Assembly (NCBI GenBank): GCA_963726455.1
Contig: CAVSCK010000005.1
Location: forward strand, 64,973-128,972
DNA length: 64,000 nucleotides
From: an uncultured bacterium
GTDB taxonomy: Bacteria > Zixibacteria > MSB-5A5 > CAIYYT01
Direction of reading: 5' to 3'
How positions within the stretch are numbered: the stretch's first letter is position 1; each line of letters begins with the position of its first letter. The notes under the pieces are model-generated. The model had not been told where the DNA came from. It was given only the letters and a program-made list of their open reading frames with translations, and ran no database searches. Positions 9,951 to 23,076 of the stretch are shown here, piece by piece. A program made the translations under genes and the position numbers.

Positions 9951-12872
9951 TCAGGGTTTACAAGGCGCCGGTCCACCGCTGAAGATGTAGGAAATCAGAT
10001 AGACGGCATCTGAGATATCAACCGAATGATCACAGTTGGCGTCACCGGCATCCAGCGGATTCGGCGCCGCGCCACCGGAGAAGATATAGCCGATAAGAAA
10101 GACCGCATCGGAGATGTCGATCCCGCCGCTACCGTCAGCATCACCGGGCACGAACAGCGGTCCTGCCGTGTACAAGTGGGCTGCCGCCCAACGTTTGGCC
10201 TTGACCATGTTACCCTTCAAATCTGCGAGTGTGCCGTCACGCACGGTTGACAGGGCGCTGTAAATGACGATTGTATCCTGTGGCCCGATGTTCCGATTGT
10301 TGATGAAGGTCATGGTGGCAAACTGGTCGGTGGGATTTGTCTCGGGCAAATAACCCGGATTCTGCATCAAGCCGTAAATCTGCACGGCAACGAAGCCGTT
10401 GGTGCCATAGATGTACTGAGAGGAACTGGCCGTAAAGGCACCATAAGGCACTTTGCTAGTGTCAATCACGCCGTCGGCATCGCTAATGCCAAGCAGTGCC
10501 TGTCCCGCAAACCGGCGCGAGCCATCGATACAGTCGAAGCCGCCGCCCTGCTGATATATCATCTTCGTACCGGCATCGAAGCCCCCGACATTTTCCTGAG
10601 GATTGCCGCCGCAGTCCCAGTCGATGGCATCACCGATGCCGATTCCCGTGTGCACGAGGGTATCGAACGAGGTGATTTCGACTCGCTGGATGACGAAGTT
10701 GCAGCTATCGGGATGCTTGGGCGCATACCACGATTTCTTGATTGCAAGGAATTGATCGAGGGTGACGAAAGTGCCGCTCCGGAAGACCTCGTAAGCGCCT
10801 GAATCCGCAGTCGGCGCCATCGGTTCACCGTGGCGAGGCGTGCGGTAGCTATTGCCGTAATACATGTTCCAGTTCGCGGCATACCATGGGCCATTTATGT
10901 AAGTGACCAGCAGCGTGCCGTCCCAAAGATAGTTGTTGACGCAATCGCCCTGACCAAGGTAATCAAGGGCAGCTCCGTACGTGCCTGCCTTGCCGAAATT
11001 GCCCAGATTATTTACGATCAATTTGGTGCAGGATGTGGCGACGGTATCATAGACTTGCACGTTGAAGAGTGCACAGGCGTCGCCAAAGCCATCCCCGTCG
11101 GAATCGGTTTGATCGGGATTGTATACATCGGGACAGTTGTCTATCTGGCACGTTGCTGAAGGATAACCGGGATTACCGAAGCCGTCGGCGTCGGGATCAA
11201 CGCAGTTGTCGCAGGCATCGCCGATGTTGTCATGGTCTATGTCGGCCTGATCAGGATTAGCGTAACCCGGGCAGTTGTCGCAAGCATCACCGGCACCATC
11301 TGCGTCACCGTCGGCCTGGTCGGGATTGGCAACCGCGGGGCAGTTGTCGGTGGCATCGGAAAAGCCATCGCCGTCTTTGTCGAAATCGACGTAGGCGTAC
11401 AGGCGGTCGCCACGGATTGAATCAACTCTGACTGTGATGCCGGTGGGACCATAATAGCCGGCGCTGCTGGGAAATGTAGTCGGACTGAAGGTCGACTGAC
11501 CGGGAACGTTATCGGAGAAGAGCGCGCCTTTGCGGGATTCGTAGGGGTACCACCACTGGGCCGTATCGCTTACGTGTCCACCGGGATTGTTATGATAGTC
11601 ATACGCTGGGTTGTAGCCGGCATCCTCGACCGCGACCGTGTAATGAGGATATGTTGGCGTTCCGTCGTTGATGCGGAAATAATCGGCTTTGAGCGAGTCA
11701 TGGACATGCGTTATTAGCAGCCCGCGATCGAGCGGATCGCAGCCAAGCGACAGGTCGGGATAGAAGTAACAACTGAAATCCGAATCAAACTTGTCGAACT
11801 GTGCCGTCGACTGAGGATTGCGATACTCCAGCATGAAGTATTCCCCCTGCGCCATGTTGATCGGCAGAATGTAATAGGAGCTGTCCTTCGTCGTCTCGCA
11901 GTTGCGAATCATGAGTGATGGATATTCTCGCTGCTCCAACACAGTCGGTGTAATCCAACCGGCCTCTTTCTTGGTCCAGCCGCAGTGATGCGACGGGATG
12001 ATGGACTTGATCGAGAGAATCCCGTAACCGCCATAACCCATTGTGCACCAGTCATAGACCGGATGATCGTTGTCGTCGTTCGGAGTAAAGAAAGTGGAGA
12101 CGGTGAGCTTCTCATCGTAATCGTACAAGTCGGGAACTCCCACGTTGTGTGAGAGCTCATGGCAGAACACTCTGATATAGTTCAAGGTATCAACGCCGGT
12201 AAAGTCGTAGGGGCTGTATGGGTCATGCAAAGGGCAGGTTTCCGGGCAGGTATTCACGCGCGGAAAGCGTTTGCCGTCAAACGGTCCATAGCCGGTACCG
12301 GGTGAGCCGACCTGGGCATATGACCAGATGTCCATCGGATTGTGCGAGTCCTCCTGGCCTCTGCCGGCGTGAATAAATGTGACGGCATCGACATCGCCGT
12401 CGTTGTTGCCGTCAAATTGCGAATAGTCAATTACGGGATTAAGTTCCGCCAAGAGTGAACCAAAGTTGACATAGCCATTGTAGCTGCCTTCGGTGTGCCA
12501 CTCAATCACCTGACCCGTTACAGTCAATTGACCGTATGACGCCTCATGAAAGTAGTCCGCTACGGAACCCATCGGCAACACATTGCGCGAAAAATAGAGC
12601 GTATCGAAGGCGCCGCGAGTCCAGGTGTGGGGGCGGTTGGTCCAGTCGATCAGAATTACGAGTACCTTGAGCGTGTCGCCCGTGAAACGAAATTCGTCCA
12701 TCGACCTTATTTCATCCGGAGTCAGCGTGGACGGGGGCATTTTACCGAATTGCCTCTCCATCACTTCATTGGGTACGTCGAGGATTCGCACCTTCGACAT
12801 GTCGAAGGCGAAGGATGTAGTAGCGACCAATAGACAAGCCAAGGCCACCAGCCCATTAACCATAGATCTCAT
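9951..12872 (-). CDS. secreted M6-family (immune inhibitor A-like) zinc metalloprotease with thrombospondin type-3-like repeats and C-terminal dockerin-like tandem module
   Basis: Signal peptide from ATG 12872 (AGAGGT upstream); HExxH site [19 protein letters not shown]; repeated DxDGDGxxDxxDNCP calcium-binding units; C-terminus [25 protein letters not shown]...[31 protein letters not shown]. Confidence 0.8.
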   Translation of the reverse strand: MRSMVNGLVALACLLVATTSFAFDMSKVRILDVPNEVMERQFGKMPPSTLTPDEIRSMDEFRFTGDTLKVLVILIDWTNRPHTWTRGAFDTLYFSRNVLPMGSVADYFHEASYGQLTVTGQVIEWHTEGSYNGYVNFGSLLAELNPVIDYSQFDGNNDGDVDAVTFIHAGRGQEDSHNPMDIWSYAQVGSPGTGYGPFDGKRFPRVNTCPETCPLHDPYSPYDFTGVDTLNYIRVFCHELSHNVGVPDLYDYDEKLTVSTFFTPNDDNDHPVYDWCTMGYGGYGILSIKSIIPSHHCGWTKKEAGWITPTVLEQREYPSLMIRNCETTKDSSYYILPINMAQGEYFMLEYRNPQSTAQFDKFDSDFSCYFYPDLSLGCDPLDRGLLITHVHDSLKADYFRINDGTPTYPHYTVAVEDAGYNPAYDYHNNPGGHVSDTAQWWYPYESRKGALFSDNVPGQSTFSPTTFPSSAGYYGPTGITVRVDSIRGDRLYAYVDFDKDGDGFSDATDNCPAVANPDQADGDADGAGDACDNCPGYANPDQADIDHDNIGDACDNCVDPDADGFGNPGYPSATCQIDNCPDVYNPDQTDSDGDGFGDACALFNVQVYDTVATSCTKLIVNNLGNFGKAGTYGAALDYLGQGDCVNNYLWDGTLLVTYINGPWYAANWNMYYGNSYRTPRHGEPMAPTADSGAYEVFRSGTFVTLDQFLAIKKSWYAPKHPDSCNFVIQRVEITSFDTLVHTGIGIGDAIDWDCGGNPQENVGGFDAGTKMIYQQGGGFDCIDGSRRFAGQALLGISDADGVIDTSKVPYGAFTASSSQYIYGTNGFVAVQIYGLMQNPGYLPETNPTDQFATMTFINNRNIGPQDTIVIYSALSTVRDGTLADLKGNMVKAKRWAAAHLYTAGPLFVPGDADGSGGIDISDAVFLIGYIFSGGAAPNPLDAGDANCDHSVDISDAVYLISYIFSGGPAPCKP

Positions 12873-12984
12873 AGGTACCTCTAATTTCAGTGTCGGCAAG
12901 AAGAATGCTGACAGATGTCGATTCTACAAACGGCTGTATAAAGCGCGATTCGGTTAGCTTAGTATACGCAATTTTGGCGAATTT

Positions 12985-13052
12985 GGTACAAAAAAAGGCG
13001 GAAAAGTGTCTTGGCAGGTGTCCTGCGCGTCGTTGGCAGACGCGCAGGACAC
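12985..13052 (-). terminator. rho-independent terminator downstream of the 13074-14303 gene
   Basis: 14-bp stem GGTGTCCTGCGCGTC / GACGCGCAGGACAC; on the minus strand followed by CTTTTCCGCCTTTTTTT. Confidence 0.75.
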
Positions 13053-13073
13053 TAAATTGAGCTCAGGTAACAG

Positions 13074-14303
13074 CTATTCCTGCACCTCGAGGATGTTGAT
13101 ATTGCGCTTCTTCAGTTCGTCGATAAAGCGATCGTAGACTTTGCCCTTGATGGCGTCCTCGGGGGGGACAATCCCCTTCTCGGTGATCAGGCCTTCCATC
13201 ATGAGCACGGCGGTAATTGCGCAGGGGAAGCCGGTGACGCGCATCATGGCGGAAATGCCGTTGGCCTTGTCGGCTTCGTCCCACATGAAATGTTCGATCT
13301 TGACCTTTTTGCCGTTCTTGACGCCCGAGGTGGTGTTGTACATGACGCAGACGTCGCCTTCGCCGTCGCGGGCGCGCAGGCGCGGGGTGATCATCGACAG
13401 CAGCAGTTCACGCGGCACGATTTTCTGGCCGTTGAAATCGTGCGGGGTGATATCAAGCAAGCCGCATTCCTTCAGCGTGTCGACACCTTCCCAGTGTCCC
13501 GGCCAGCGCACAGTCTTTTCGGCGAATTCTTTAAGTTGTGGGCGCGAGAAAATGAAGCTCGGCATACCGGGGGTGACGGCGCACACCATTTCGTGATTCT
13601 TTCCGAACTTGTTGAAGAGGAATTTTTCGCGGTCGCCGATGGCGTCGACTTCCACGATCTTGCCGTTCTTCACGACGTTCAACTTGATCATGTATTCGCG
13701 CAGCACGTGCTCGAATTGCCAGGTGATCATATAGCGCAACGGGTGGTTCCTGGCATATTCGGGAGCGGGAACGCCACCGACGCGCGCGATGGCCGTATCC
13801 GCGTTATCCATCTTGCGAATCGCTTCGCCGACAGTGACGTTGCTCAGTCCGGGGGCGAAACCCATGCCGTCGACGAAGGTTACGCCGTTGGCAATCGCCG
13901 TGTTGTGAATCCAGTCGCCGTACTCGTTAAGCGCCATCCCTTGCGGGAGCTTGAGCCCTTCGGTTTCGTAAGCATCGGGACGGCGATGGTACTCTTCGAG
14001 CATGTCGATTATGTTAAGTCCGGCTTCGACGGCGTAGTGAATGATGGTGTAGCTGGTGCGCCGATCGGGCATGGCAATGATGCCGACATCGTATTGCTTC
14101 ATCAGTTTGGTGGCGGTGTCGCGGTCGGTCACGTCGAGAACGTGCGGAACGATACAGTCACTGCCGACCCATTTCTTGACTTTTTCGAGAGCATCCAAAC
14201 GTCTACCGGTAATCCCGATCGCATCAATCCGTTTGTCCTTTGCCAGATCCCATGCCACTGCGGAACCGATCTTGCCGGACCCGCCAAAAATCAGCGCTTT
14301 CAT
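13074..14303 (-). CDS. saccharopine dehydrogenase-family NAD(P)-binding oxidoreductase
   Basis: ATG at 14303 with GGAGG upstream; Rossmann N-terminus MKALIFGGSGKIGSAV; length and layout fit the saccharopine/lysine dehydrogenase family. Confidence 0.7.
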   Translation of the reverse strand: MKALIFGGSGKIGSAVAWDLAKDKRIDAIGITGRRLDALEKVKKWVGSDCIVPHVLDVTDRDTATKLMKQYDVGIIAMPDRRTSYTIIHYAVEAGLNIIDMLEEYHRRPDAYETEGLKLPQGMALNEYGDWIHNTAIANGVTFVDGMGFAPGLSNVTVGEAIRKMDNADTAIARVGGVPAPEYARNHPLRYMITWQFEHVLREYMIKLNVVKNGKIVEVDAIGDREKFLFNKFGKNHEMVCAVTPGMPSFIFSRPQLKEFAEKTVRWPGHWEGVDTLKECGLLDITPHDFNGQKIVPRELLLSMITPRLRARDGEGDVCVMYNTTSGVKNGKKVKIEHFMWDEADKANGISAMMRVTGFPCAITAVLMMEGLITEKGIVPPEDAIKGKVYDRFIDELKKRNINILEVQE

Positions 14304-14516
14304 CTTAGTCATCCTCCGTAAGATTAACTCGTTATCAGGGTAAATCGAAGATAACCCGTATGGCAACAGAGTCAAAGGCAATTCGGAATGCAGACCAATA
14401 TGGATCGGCTCTGTACAGATATGGCAGTTGAGATTGGCGCGTCGTGATCGCGACTCCACGCTCACCCATCCCACAGGCACTCGTAATGACGATTCAGGGC
14501 CGACGCGAATGGATTC

Positions 14517-17084
<2,568 letters not shown>

Positions 17085-17218
17085 TCACCCTCGTTTGATA
17101 TCAATGGCCGCTGTGGCTAACCTCTACCATTATTACAACGGAACATTCTCTGTCGTCAATGGAAAAATACTATTCACCAGCCGACGTCAACAGTCAGGAA
17201 GTCGAGGGGAGCCAGCCG

Positions 17219-19222
17219 CTATCTCAGCGAATTCACGAAGTCACGCACGCGAGCGTCGGACGGCACTAGGGCGAGATACTTGTTCAAATACACGAGCGCG
17301 TTGTCGCGGTCGTTCAGATTCTGGGCGTAAATCAAGCCGATATTGAGGAGCAGCTTGCTGTTGGTCGAGTCGTAATTGAGTGCTTCGATATAGTTGTCGA
17401 CAGCCAGAGTGAAGTTGCCGGTTTGATGCGCCGCGTTGCCGCGATCTTTGTAAACGTTTGATATGTTGAACAACAACTCCCTTCTATGCTTCTCACGCAA
17501 TAGCGGTTTGTTCAATCCAAGGTTGTAGGCCTCCAGCGCCAAATCTCCGAAACCGAAACGACGCAACTGCGCGCCGATCATGTTCAGGCATTCGCCGCGT
17601 GGTTCATTCTTCATCCGCGCAATCGCTAACCGACAATCTGCCAGCGCACCAGTCGAGTCCGGAGGAGCAAGCTGCAACCTTTCTTCGGCACTCGCCAGAT
17701 CGAGATTCGCCAACAGCAGCCGCGACAGAAAATCGCCCGGATCAAAGTCCGCAGGAAATGACGGCAGCGACGCTTTGGTTTCCGGCGGGCGCAGCAACGA
17801 GTAGAGTATGCCGTCGGAATACAGCGAATCCCGCCCAGGAAGCCAATTGGGTTCATTCCAAACAAGATTCTTCACCAGATAGTTCGGCTGCTTGTCGTTT
17901 GCGAAAATGGCGGCACGCGCTTGATAGTAGCTGCGTCCCGCACCGGGCTGATACGATTCCGCCTGCTGCAGCATTGCGTAACCGCGTATTGACAGGCGAT
18001 CGTATGCGGTGACGTCCGGCCGATAATTCTCGGCGTAACGCAGATAGAGTGGTCCGAAGCCGTCGACATCGCAGGAGGCGAACAGCACGCCGCTGTCAGC
18101 GGTATCGAGTATCAGGCGGGAGTATTGTTCGTACAGAGTGTATTTCGATTTGTCGCAGGAGCCATAGTGGGCTATCAACATGACAGCGGCTGCAACTACG
18201 CCAACGACGGCGGGAATCAACTTACCAAATTTCTTCATCCAGACAAAATTGCTGGAGATGAACAGCAGACATGCCAGCATCGCCGGCAGAAAATAAGGGT
18301 CATAGTCGGCGGCACTCTGTGCGGCAGCAAGTGCAAACGACGTGACGGTAAACAGCAAGAGAATTATCGCCTGTGAGACATTCTGGCGAAAGGCGATCAC
18401 GGCACCCGAAATAGCCGCGACTATTCCAATCCACCACCAGGAGGAAAATGCCAGAGTCCAAAGCAGTTTGGCCGAGTCTACAACACCGCCGGAGGCGCTG
18501 AGAACGACGTTGCGATATTGGCGCAGGGTCATGTGCTTGAGTGATGCCGCAACACCGACAGGATGCCCCCAATCCGAAATCGGGTCTTGCGCTGATCGCG
18601 CCCAGAGATAGAAATAGGTAGTGCCGGCCAGAACAAATAGCGCGACATAGACTGGCAACCGCCGCCAGTTACGATACTCCCGCTCCTTGATAAACACGAA
18701 GATAATCGCGGGCGCCAGGGATAGTGATGTCGGATGCCCGTCAAGACAAAGGCCGTAAAGGAAGAAGACCAGTAGCCACTTGTATCGTGCATCACTCATA
18801 AGCGCCAGCAATGTCAGCAAGATCAAGAGCAGGTTGAGACTGAAGACATCGACACTGACGGCCTGCACCCAAAATGCGGGCGTAAATGCCCAGACCAGAC
18901 TTACGGCAACGGCGGAAACGTCGTCAACATATTTGCGGCAGATCATGAAAAGTACCGAGACACCAGCCGCCGCACACAGAGCTGCAAACAGGTTGGCGGC
19001 AACTACCGGCCTTAGTGCGAAAAAGAGTTGCACGAACACGCTGCCGGTAAATGTGAACAACGGATAGCCGGGAGGATGAGCGATGCCGAGCGTCTTGAGC
19101 GCCAGAGCGAATTCGGCGCCATCGCCGATGTTGATCGACCGGCACAGCGTCAGCAGATAGACAATCAGCGCAATGCCGCCCGGTATAACGGGGAGATATC
19201 GTGAATAGCGCGAAGTCGTCAC
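17219..19222 (-). CDS. polytopic membrane protein, DUF2723/TMEM260-like (putative glycosyltransferase) with C-terminal TPR repeats
   Basis: N-terminal motif GDGAEFALALKTLGIAHPPGYPLF; about ten hydrophobic helices; C-terminal TPR-like repeats; GTG start. Confidence 0.6.
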   Translation of the reverse strand: MTTSRYSRYLPVIPGGIALIVYLLTLCRSINIGDGAEFALALKTLGIAHPPGYPLFTFTGSVFVQLFFALRPVVAANLFAALCAAAGVSVLFMICRKYVDDVSAVAVSLVWAFTPAFWVQAVSVDVFSLNLLLILLTLLALMSDARYKWLLVFFLYGLCLDGHPTSLSLAPAIIFVFIKEREYRNWRRLPVYVALFVLAGTTYFYLWARSAQDPISDWGHPVGVAASLKHMTLRQYRNVVLSASGGVVDSAKLLWTLAFSSWWWIGIVAAISGAVIAFRQNVSQAIILLLFTVTSFALAAAQSAADYDPYFLPAMLACLLFISSNFVWMKKFGKLIPAVVGVVAAAVMLIAHYGSCDKSKYTLYEQYSRLILDTADSGVLFASCDVDGFGPLYLRYAENYRPDVTAYDRLSIRGYAMLQQAESYQPGAGRSYYQARAAIFANDKQPNYLVKNLVWNEPNWLPGRDSLYSDGILYSLLRPPETKASLPSFPADFDPGDFLSRLLLANLDLASAEERLQLAPPDSTGALADCRLAIARMKNEPRGECLNMIGAQLRRFGFGDLALEAYNLGLNKPLLREKHRRELLFNISNVYKDRGNAAHQTGNFTLAVDNYIEALNYDSTNSKLLLNIGLIYAQNLNDRDNALVYLNKYLALVPSDARVRDFVNSLR

Positions 19223-19348
19223 TGCCCGTAGTCCCGATGGCTTCCAAGTAGTCTCATGTTAGCCAAGTTTACAGCAGGTCTGCATCTGAAGCAAGCGCTA
19301 ATAGAATCCTATCACACATATGCTTTCCGGCGTGTATATTGGCTGAGT

Positions 19349-20065
19349 ATGAAGATTCTGCGCTGTGTCGTTGTGATCGCACTGTTCGCATTAGGTGCGG
19401 AGTTGAGCGCCGCCCAGGATACTCCCCAGCAGAAGCAGCCCATGAATACGACTGTGAATGAATTGCACGGCACCTTGATAATCAGGGCGGACTCCGTGGC
19501 TGCGCCCGGATCGGTGATTGTCGTGGGCGTGGCATTTGCAGATACAACAATTTCGTTTGCGGGCTTTAGTCTCAATATCGAGTACGACCGCGGCGCGCTG
19601 GTCTTCGATTCTGCGACTCTCGGATCGTTGACAACCGGCGAGTGGGAGTATTTTATGACGAACTCTGGCCTATTAGACAAAGCAGATTCAGTCGGCAGTC
19701 CGGGATTCGTTCGCCTGGTCGGCCTGGCAGATCAACAGGATGAAGCCAAGAGGACTCCCAAACCACGTTCACTGGTTGGACCGGGGGAAATCGCCAAACT
19801 CTACTTCTATGTCGGGGACAGGGCGGAATATCAGGGTAAGTCGACATGGCTGAGATTTGCCTGGGGTAAGTGCGACGACAACTCCTTCTCTGACCCGAAG
19901 GGACTGCGATTGTTCCTGTGTCGCAAAGCATACGATGTCGAAGGGAAATTGATCTCATCAGGAACAGCCAGATATAGCGGCCCGTCCAACAACTGCTTTC
20001 GGTCCAAGCGCAACCCTCCGGAACGTTGGTTTGACTTCCGCAATGCCCGGATACTGATCAAGTAG
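19349..20065 (+). CDS. secreted protein with candidate cohesin-like domain
   Basis: Signal peptide MKILRCVVVIALFALGAELSAAQD; segment GSVIVVGVAFADTTISFAGFSLNIEYDRGALVFDSATLG ... GPGEIAKLYFYVGD follows the cohesin beta-sandwich pattern; assignment by eye only. Confidence 0.5.
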   Translation: MKILRCVVVIALFALGAELSAAQDTPQQKQPMNTTVNELHGTLIIRADSVAAPGSVIVVGVAFADTTISFAGFSLNIEYDRGALVFDSATLGSLTTGEWEYFMTNSGLLDKADSVGSPGFVRLVGLADQQDEAKRTPKPRSLVGPGEIAKLYFYVGDRAEYQGKSTWLRFAWGKCDDNSFSDPKGLRLFLCRKAYDVEGKLISSGTARYSGPSNNCFRSKRNPPERWFDFRNARILIK

Positions 20066-20094
20066 CCGTCAGAAGATCACGTATGTTTCACCGG

Positions 20095-20128
20095 ACAAAA
20101 TAAAACGGGCGAGTTTGTGACTCGCCCG
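20095..20128 (-). terminator. rho-independent terminator downstream of rplY
   Basis: CGGGCGAG / CTCGCCCG stem; on the minus strand followed by TTTTATTTTGT. Confidence 0.65.
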
Positions 20129-20177
20129 CGAGAATCCACGATCAGGACCGGGATTTGAATTCAGCGAAAGACTGGGG

Positions 20178-20870
20178 CTATTTCTTCTTCCCCTTCTCCG
20201 GCTCTTCCTCTTCCTTTTCCTTCTTCTTTTCCGTGATCACTTCCGGTTCGGTCGCTTCAGCACCCTCAACAACAGCGCCTTCAACCGCCTCAGCAGCAGG
20301 AGCAACTTCTTTAATGACCGTCGGCGGCTGCACGGTGACAACCGTGTGCGACTTGTCGGTCAGAATTTCGATATTGCCGACCTGGAGATCAGCCACGTGA
20401 ATGGCTTCGTTGATCTTAAGTGCGGTCACGTCAATAGTGATGTGACTGGGGATATCCATCGGCAGGCAGCTAACTTCAAGTTCGCGGCTGACGATTTCCA
20501 ACACGCCACCACCCCTGACACCTTCGGCAGTGCCGACGACATGCACCGGAACCATGACTTCGACCTTCTTGGTCAGGTCGATGCGCAGGAAATCAACGTG
20601 CACGATGCGCTCGGTGACCGGATTGTGCTGAACTTCTTTCAACAGCACCTTCTCGGCTTTGGTCTTGCCGACCACCAGATCCACCAACACGTTTTCGCCG
20701 CTGCCTTCATGGAGCAGACGCGTCAACGAGCGACTGTTGATATTCAGCATGATCGGCTTCTTGTCCATGCCGTACAGAACGGCAGGCAATTGGCCGTCCG
20801 CTCGCAACTTGCGCGTGAAACTTTTTCCGGAACCGGTTCTAACTTCCGCTTCCAGCACTAGCTCTTTCAT
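20178..20870 (-). CDS. rplY: 50S ribosomal protein L25 / general stress protein Ctc
   Basis: ATG 20870 with AAGGAG upstream; L25 beta-barrel domain and acidic/Lys-rich C-terminal tail. Confidence 0.9.
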   Translation of the reverse strand: MKELVLEAEVRTGSGKSFTRKLRADGQLPAVLYGMDKKPIMLNINSRSLTRLLHEGSGENVLVDLVVGKTKAEKVLLKEVQHNPVTERIVHVDFLRIDLTKKVEVMVPVHVVGTAEGVRGGGVLEIVSRELEVSCLPMDIPSHITIDVTALKINEAIHVADLQVGNIEILTDKSHTVVTVQPPTVIKEVAPAAEAVEGAVVEGAEATEPEVITEKKKEKEEEEPEKGKKK

Positions 20871-20890
20871 CACTTCTCCTTTATAACAAA

Positions 20891-21829
20891 CTAATCAAAT
20901 AACTTCGAAACTGATTCCTCATGCCAGATCCGCCGAATTGCCTCTCCGAAAATATCCGCCGTTGACAATACGACGAATTTGGACGGCAAGTTGAGACAGG
21001 CGCGATCAATGGTATCGGAAATAATCATCTCGGTGATTTGCGAATTCTGGATGCGTTCGACTGCCGGGCCCGACAAGACACCGTGGGTGACGCAAACATA
21101 GATCTCGCGCGCTCCCTGTTTCTTGAGAGCATCGGCACCCAGCACGATGGTGCCGGCAGTGTCGACGATGTCGTCGCGAATGATGACGTTCTTGCCGGAG
21201 ACGTCACCGATAATATTCATGACTTCCGCTTCGTTGGCGGCTTCGCGGCGCTTGTCGATAATCGCCAACGGGCACTTCAGCTCTTTCGCAAACGCCCGTG
21301 CGATCTTAATTGAACCGACGTCAGCAGAGACCGTGACCAGGTTCGTCAAGCTTTTGGAGCGGAAATATTCGTAGAAGATCTTGCTTGCATACAAGTGGTC
21401 ATGCGGAATATCGAAATAGCCCTGCAACTGAGAGGCATGCAAATCCATGGTGATAATGCGATCGGCGCCGGCGACGGTAATCAGGTTGGCGACGAGTTTC
21501 GCGGTGATCGGAACGCGCGGTTGATCTTTGCGATCCTGGCGGGCATAGCCATAGTAGGGGATGACCGCGGTGATACGCTTGGCCGAAGCGCGGCGGGCGG
21601 CATCGATCATAATCAGCAACTCAAAGAGATTCTCAGCCGGTGGATTGGTCGGCTGAATGATGAACAAATCCGAACCACGTATATTCTGATTGATCTGGAC
21701 TTTGACTTCCCCGTCCGCAAAGCGCTTCACCTCGCAGTCGGTCAAAGGCACGCCGCAATACTGGGAAATCCTTTGTGCCAGCGGCAAATTGCTGGTGCCT
21801 GAGATGATCTTTAACGCATTCTGCATCAT
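20891..21829 (-). CDS. prs: ribose-phosphate pyrophosphokinase
   Basis: 312 aa; PRPP synthetase motifs (DLHA.Q.QGYFD, PRPP-binding loop DDIVDTAGT). Confidence 0.95.
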   Translation of the reverse strand: MMQNALKIISGTSNLPLAQRISQYCGVPLTDCEVKRFADGEVKVQINQNIRGSDLFIIQPTNPPAENLFELLIMIDAARRASAKRITAVIPYYGYARQDRKDQPRVPITAKLVANLITVAGADRIITMDLHASQLQGYFDIPHDHLYASKIFYEYFRSKSLTNLVTVSADVGSIKIARAFAKELKCPLAIIDKRREAANEAEVMNIIGDVSGKNVIIRDDIVDTAGTIVLGADALKKQGAREIYVCVTHGVLSGPAVERIQNSQITEMIISDTIDRACLNLPSKFVVLSTADIFGEAIRRIWHEESVSKLFD

Positions 21830-22077
21830 AACTCCCTGTAATTCCCTCGAACAGAAACCTTCTATAATAGTGATTCCGGCTCAGAAATCAAGGTGAAAAT
21901 GGGCGAACTCACGCTGCACACGCCAAGGCGATCGCACACTGAACCTACCTAACCTCTTAATTGCCAAATAGTTACCTGACCGGGTCAGGTGACACAGTCG
22001 ACGACGTCTTCCACCGTGTATGAGCTGCAGCGCATAGATTCGGGAACTGCTCGCTACAGGCGTCCGCGAGATCATTC

Positions 22078-23076
22078 CTAAAGAATGATTGAGAGCAACA
22101 TGTAGGATGCGACGCCGAAGATTGCCGCACCGGGAATAGTGAAGAACCAAGCCAATACGATATTGCCGATTATCTTCCAGCGGAGATTGCCGAGTCGTCC
22201 GGCGATGGCGGTACCGGCGATAGAGCCGGTGGCGACTTGAGTCGTCGACTTGGGGATGCCGAGCAGGGCTGTTACCAAAATCACTGTCCCCGCCGATGCT
22301 TCGGCAGCGCAGCCGTCCAGAGGTTCGTGCAGCCTGGTCATCTTGTGTCCCATGGTCTTGATAATTCGCCAACCGCCTACCGAAGTCCCAAGTCCAATTG
22401 TGAATGCTGAAGCGATACGAACCCACAGGGGAACATGAAAGGTACTGATCGCTCCCGCAGACAAAAGCGCAATCGTCATTATACCCATGGCATTCTGCGC
22501 GTCGTTCATGCCATGAGCAAGCGACACATAGGCCGCGGAGAGGACCTGAAAGTGCTTGAAGACTTTAGCTGTCGCACGATACGGCAACTTCCAAGCCGCC
22601 CAGGAAAAGATGACTTTCAAGAGCAGGCCGCCGAGCAAGCCGATGAATGGCGCTACAATCATAGCGATACCGATTTTGAGAATTCCGGACATTACAAGTA
22701 TTTGGAAGTCGAAGTGATTTATGAACAGCCCCACTCCGATCAACCCGCCGACAAGGGCGTGAGTCGAGGAAGACGGCAAACCGAAATACCAGGTGAAGTA
22801 CCCCCAAAGCACCGCCCCCGTGACCGCCGCCAAAAGCAAAGGCAGCGTGACGACATTGCTTTCAATCACTCCCTTACCTATCGTGTAAGCCACGGCGGTA
22901 TTGAGCAGGCCACCGACGAAATTCAGGGTGCGTGCCATAATAATCGCCTTGCGGGGCGACATGGCGCGAGTTGCGATTGTCGTGGCGATGGCATTGGCGG
23001 CGTCATGGAAACCGTTGACGAAATCATACATCAATGAAGCCGCTATGATTAGAATCAGGAGAAGCTGATCAGACAT
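22078..23076 (-). CDS. pit: inorganic phosphate transporter, PiT family
   Basis: 332 aa polytopic protein with the duplicated PiT signature GFHDAANAIAT / GMNDAQNAMG. Confidence 0.9.
   Translation of the reverse strand: MSDQLLLILIIAASLMYDFVNGFHDAANAIATTIATRAMSPRKAIIMARTLNFVGGLLNTAVAYTIGKGVIESNVVTLPLLLAAVTGAVLWGYFTWYFGLPSSSTHALVGGLIGVGLFINHFDFQILVMSGILKIGIAMIVAPFIGLLGGLLLKVIFSWAAWKLPYRATAKVFKHFQVLSAAYVSLAHGMNDAQNAMGIMTIALLSAGAISTFHVPLWVRIASAFTIGLGTSVGGWRIIKTMGHKMTRLHEPLDGCAAEASAGTVILVTALLGIPKSTTQVATGSIAGTAIAGRLGNLRWKIIGNIVLAWFFTIPGAAIFGVASYMLLSIIL

Noticed and set aside
13290-14321. 343-aa plus-strand ORF opposite the saccharopine dehydrogenase-family gene
   Set aside because: Antisense to a gene with a clear Rossmann N-terminus and good RBS; translation is repetitive and motif-free.
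21971-21987. Perfect palindrome ACCTGACCGGGTCAGGT between pit and prs, as a possible operator
   Set aside because: Isolated, with no second copy in the window and only a weak T-rich flank; could equally be a weak terminator hairpin. Not enough evidence to call.
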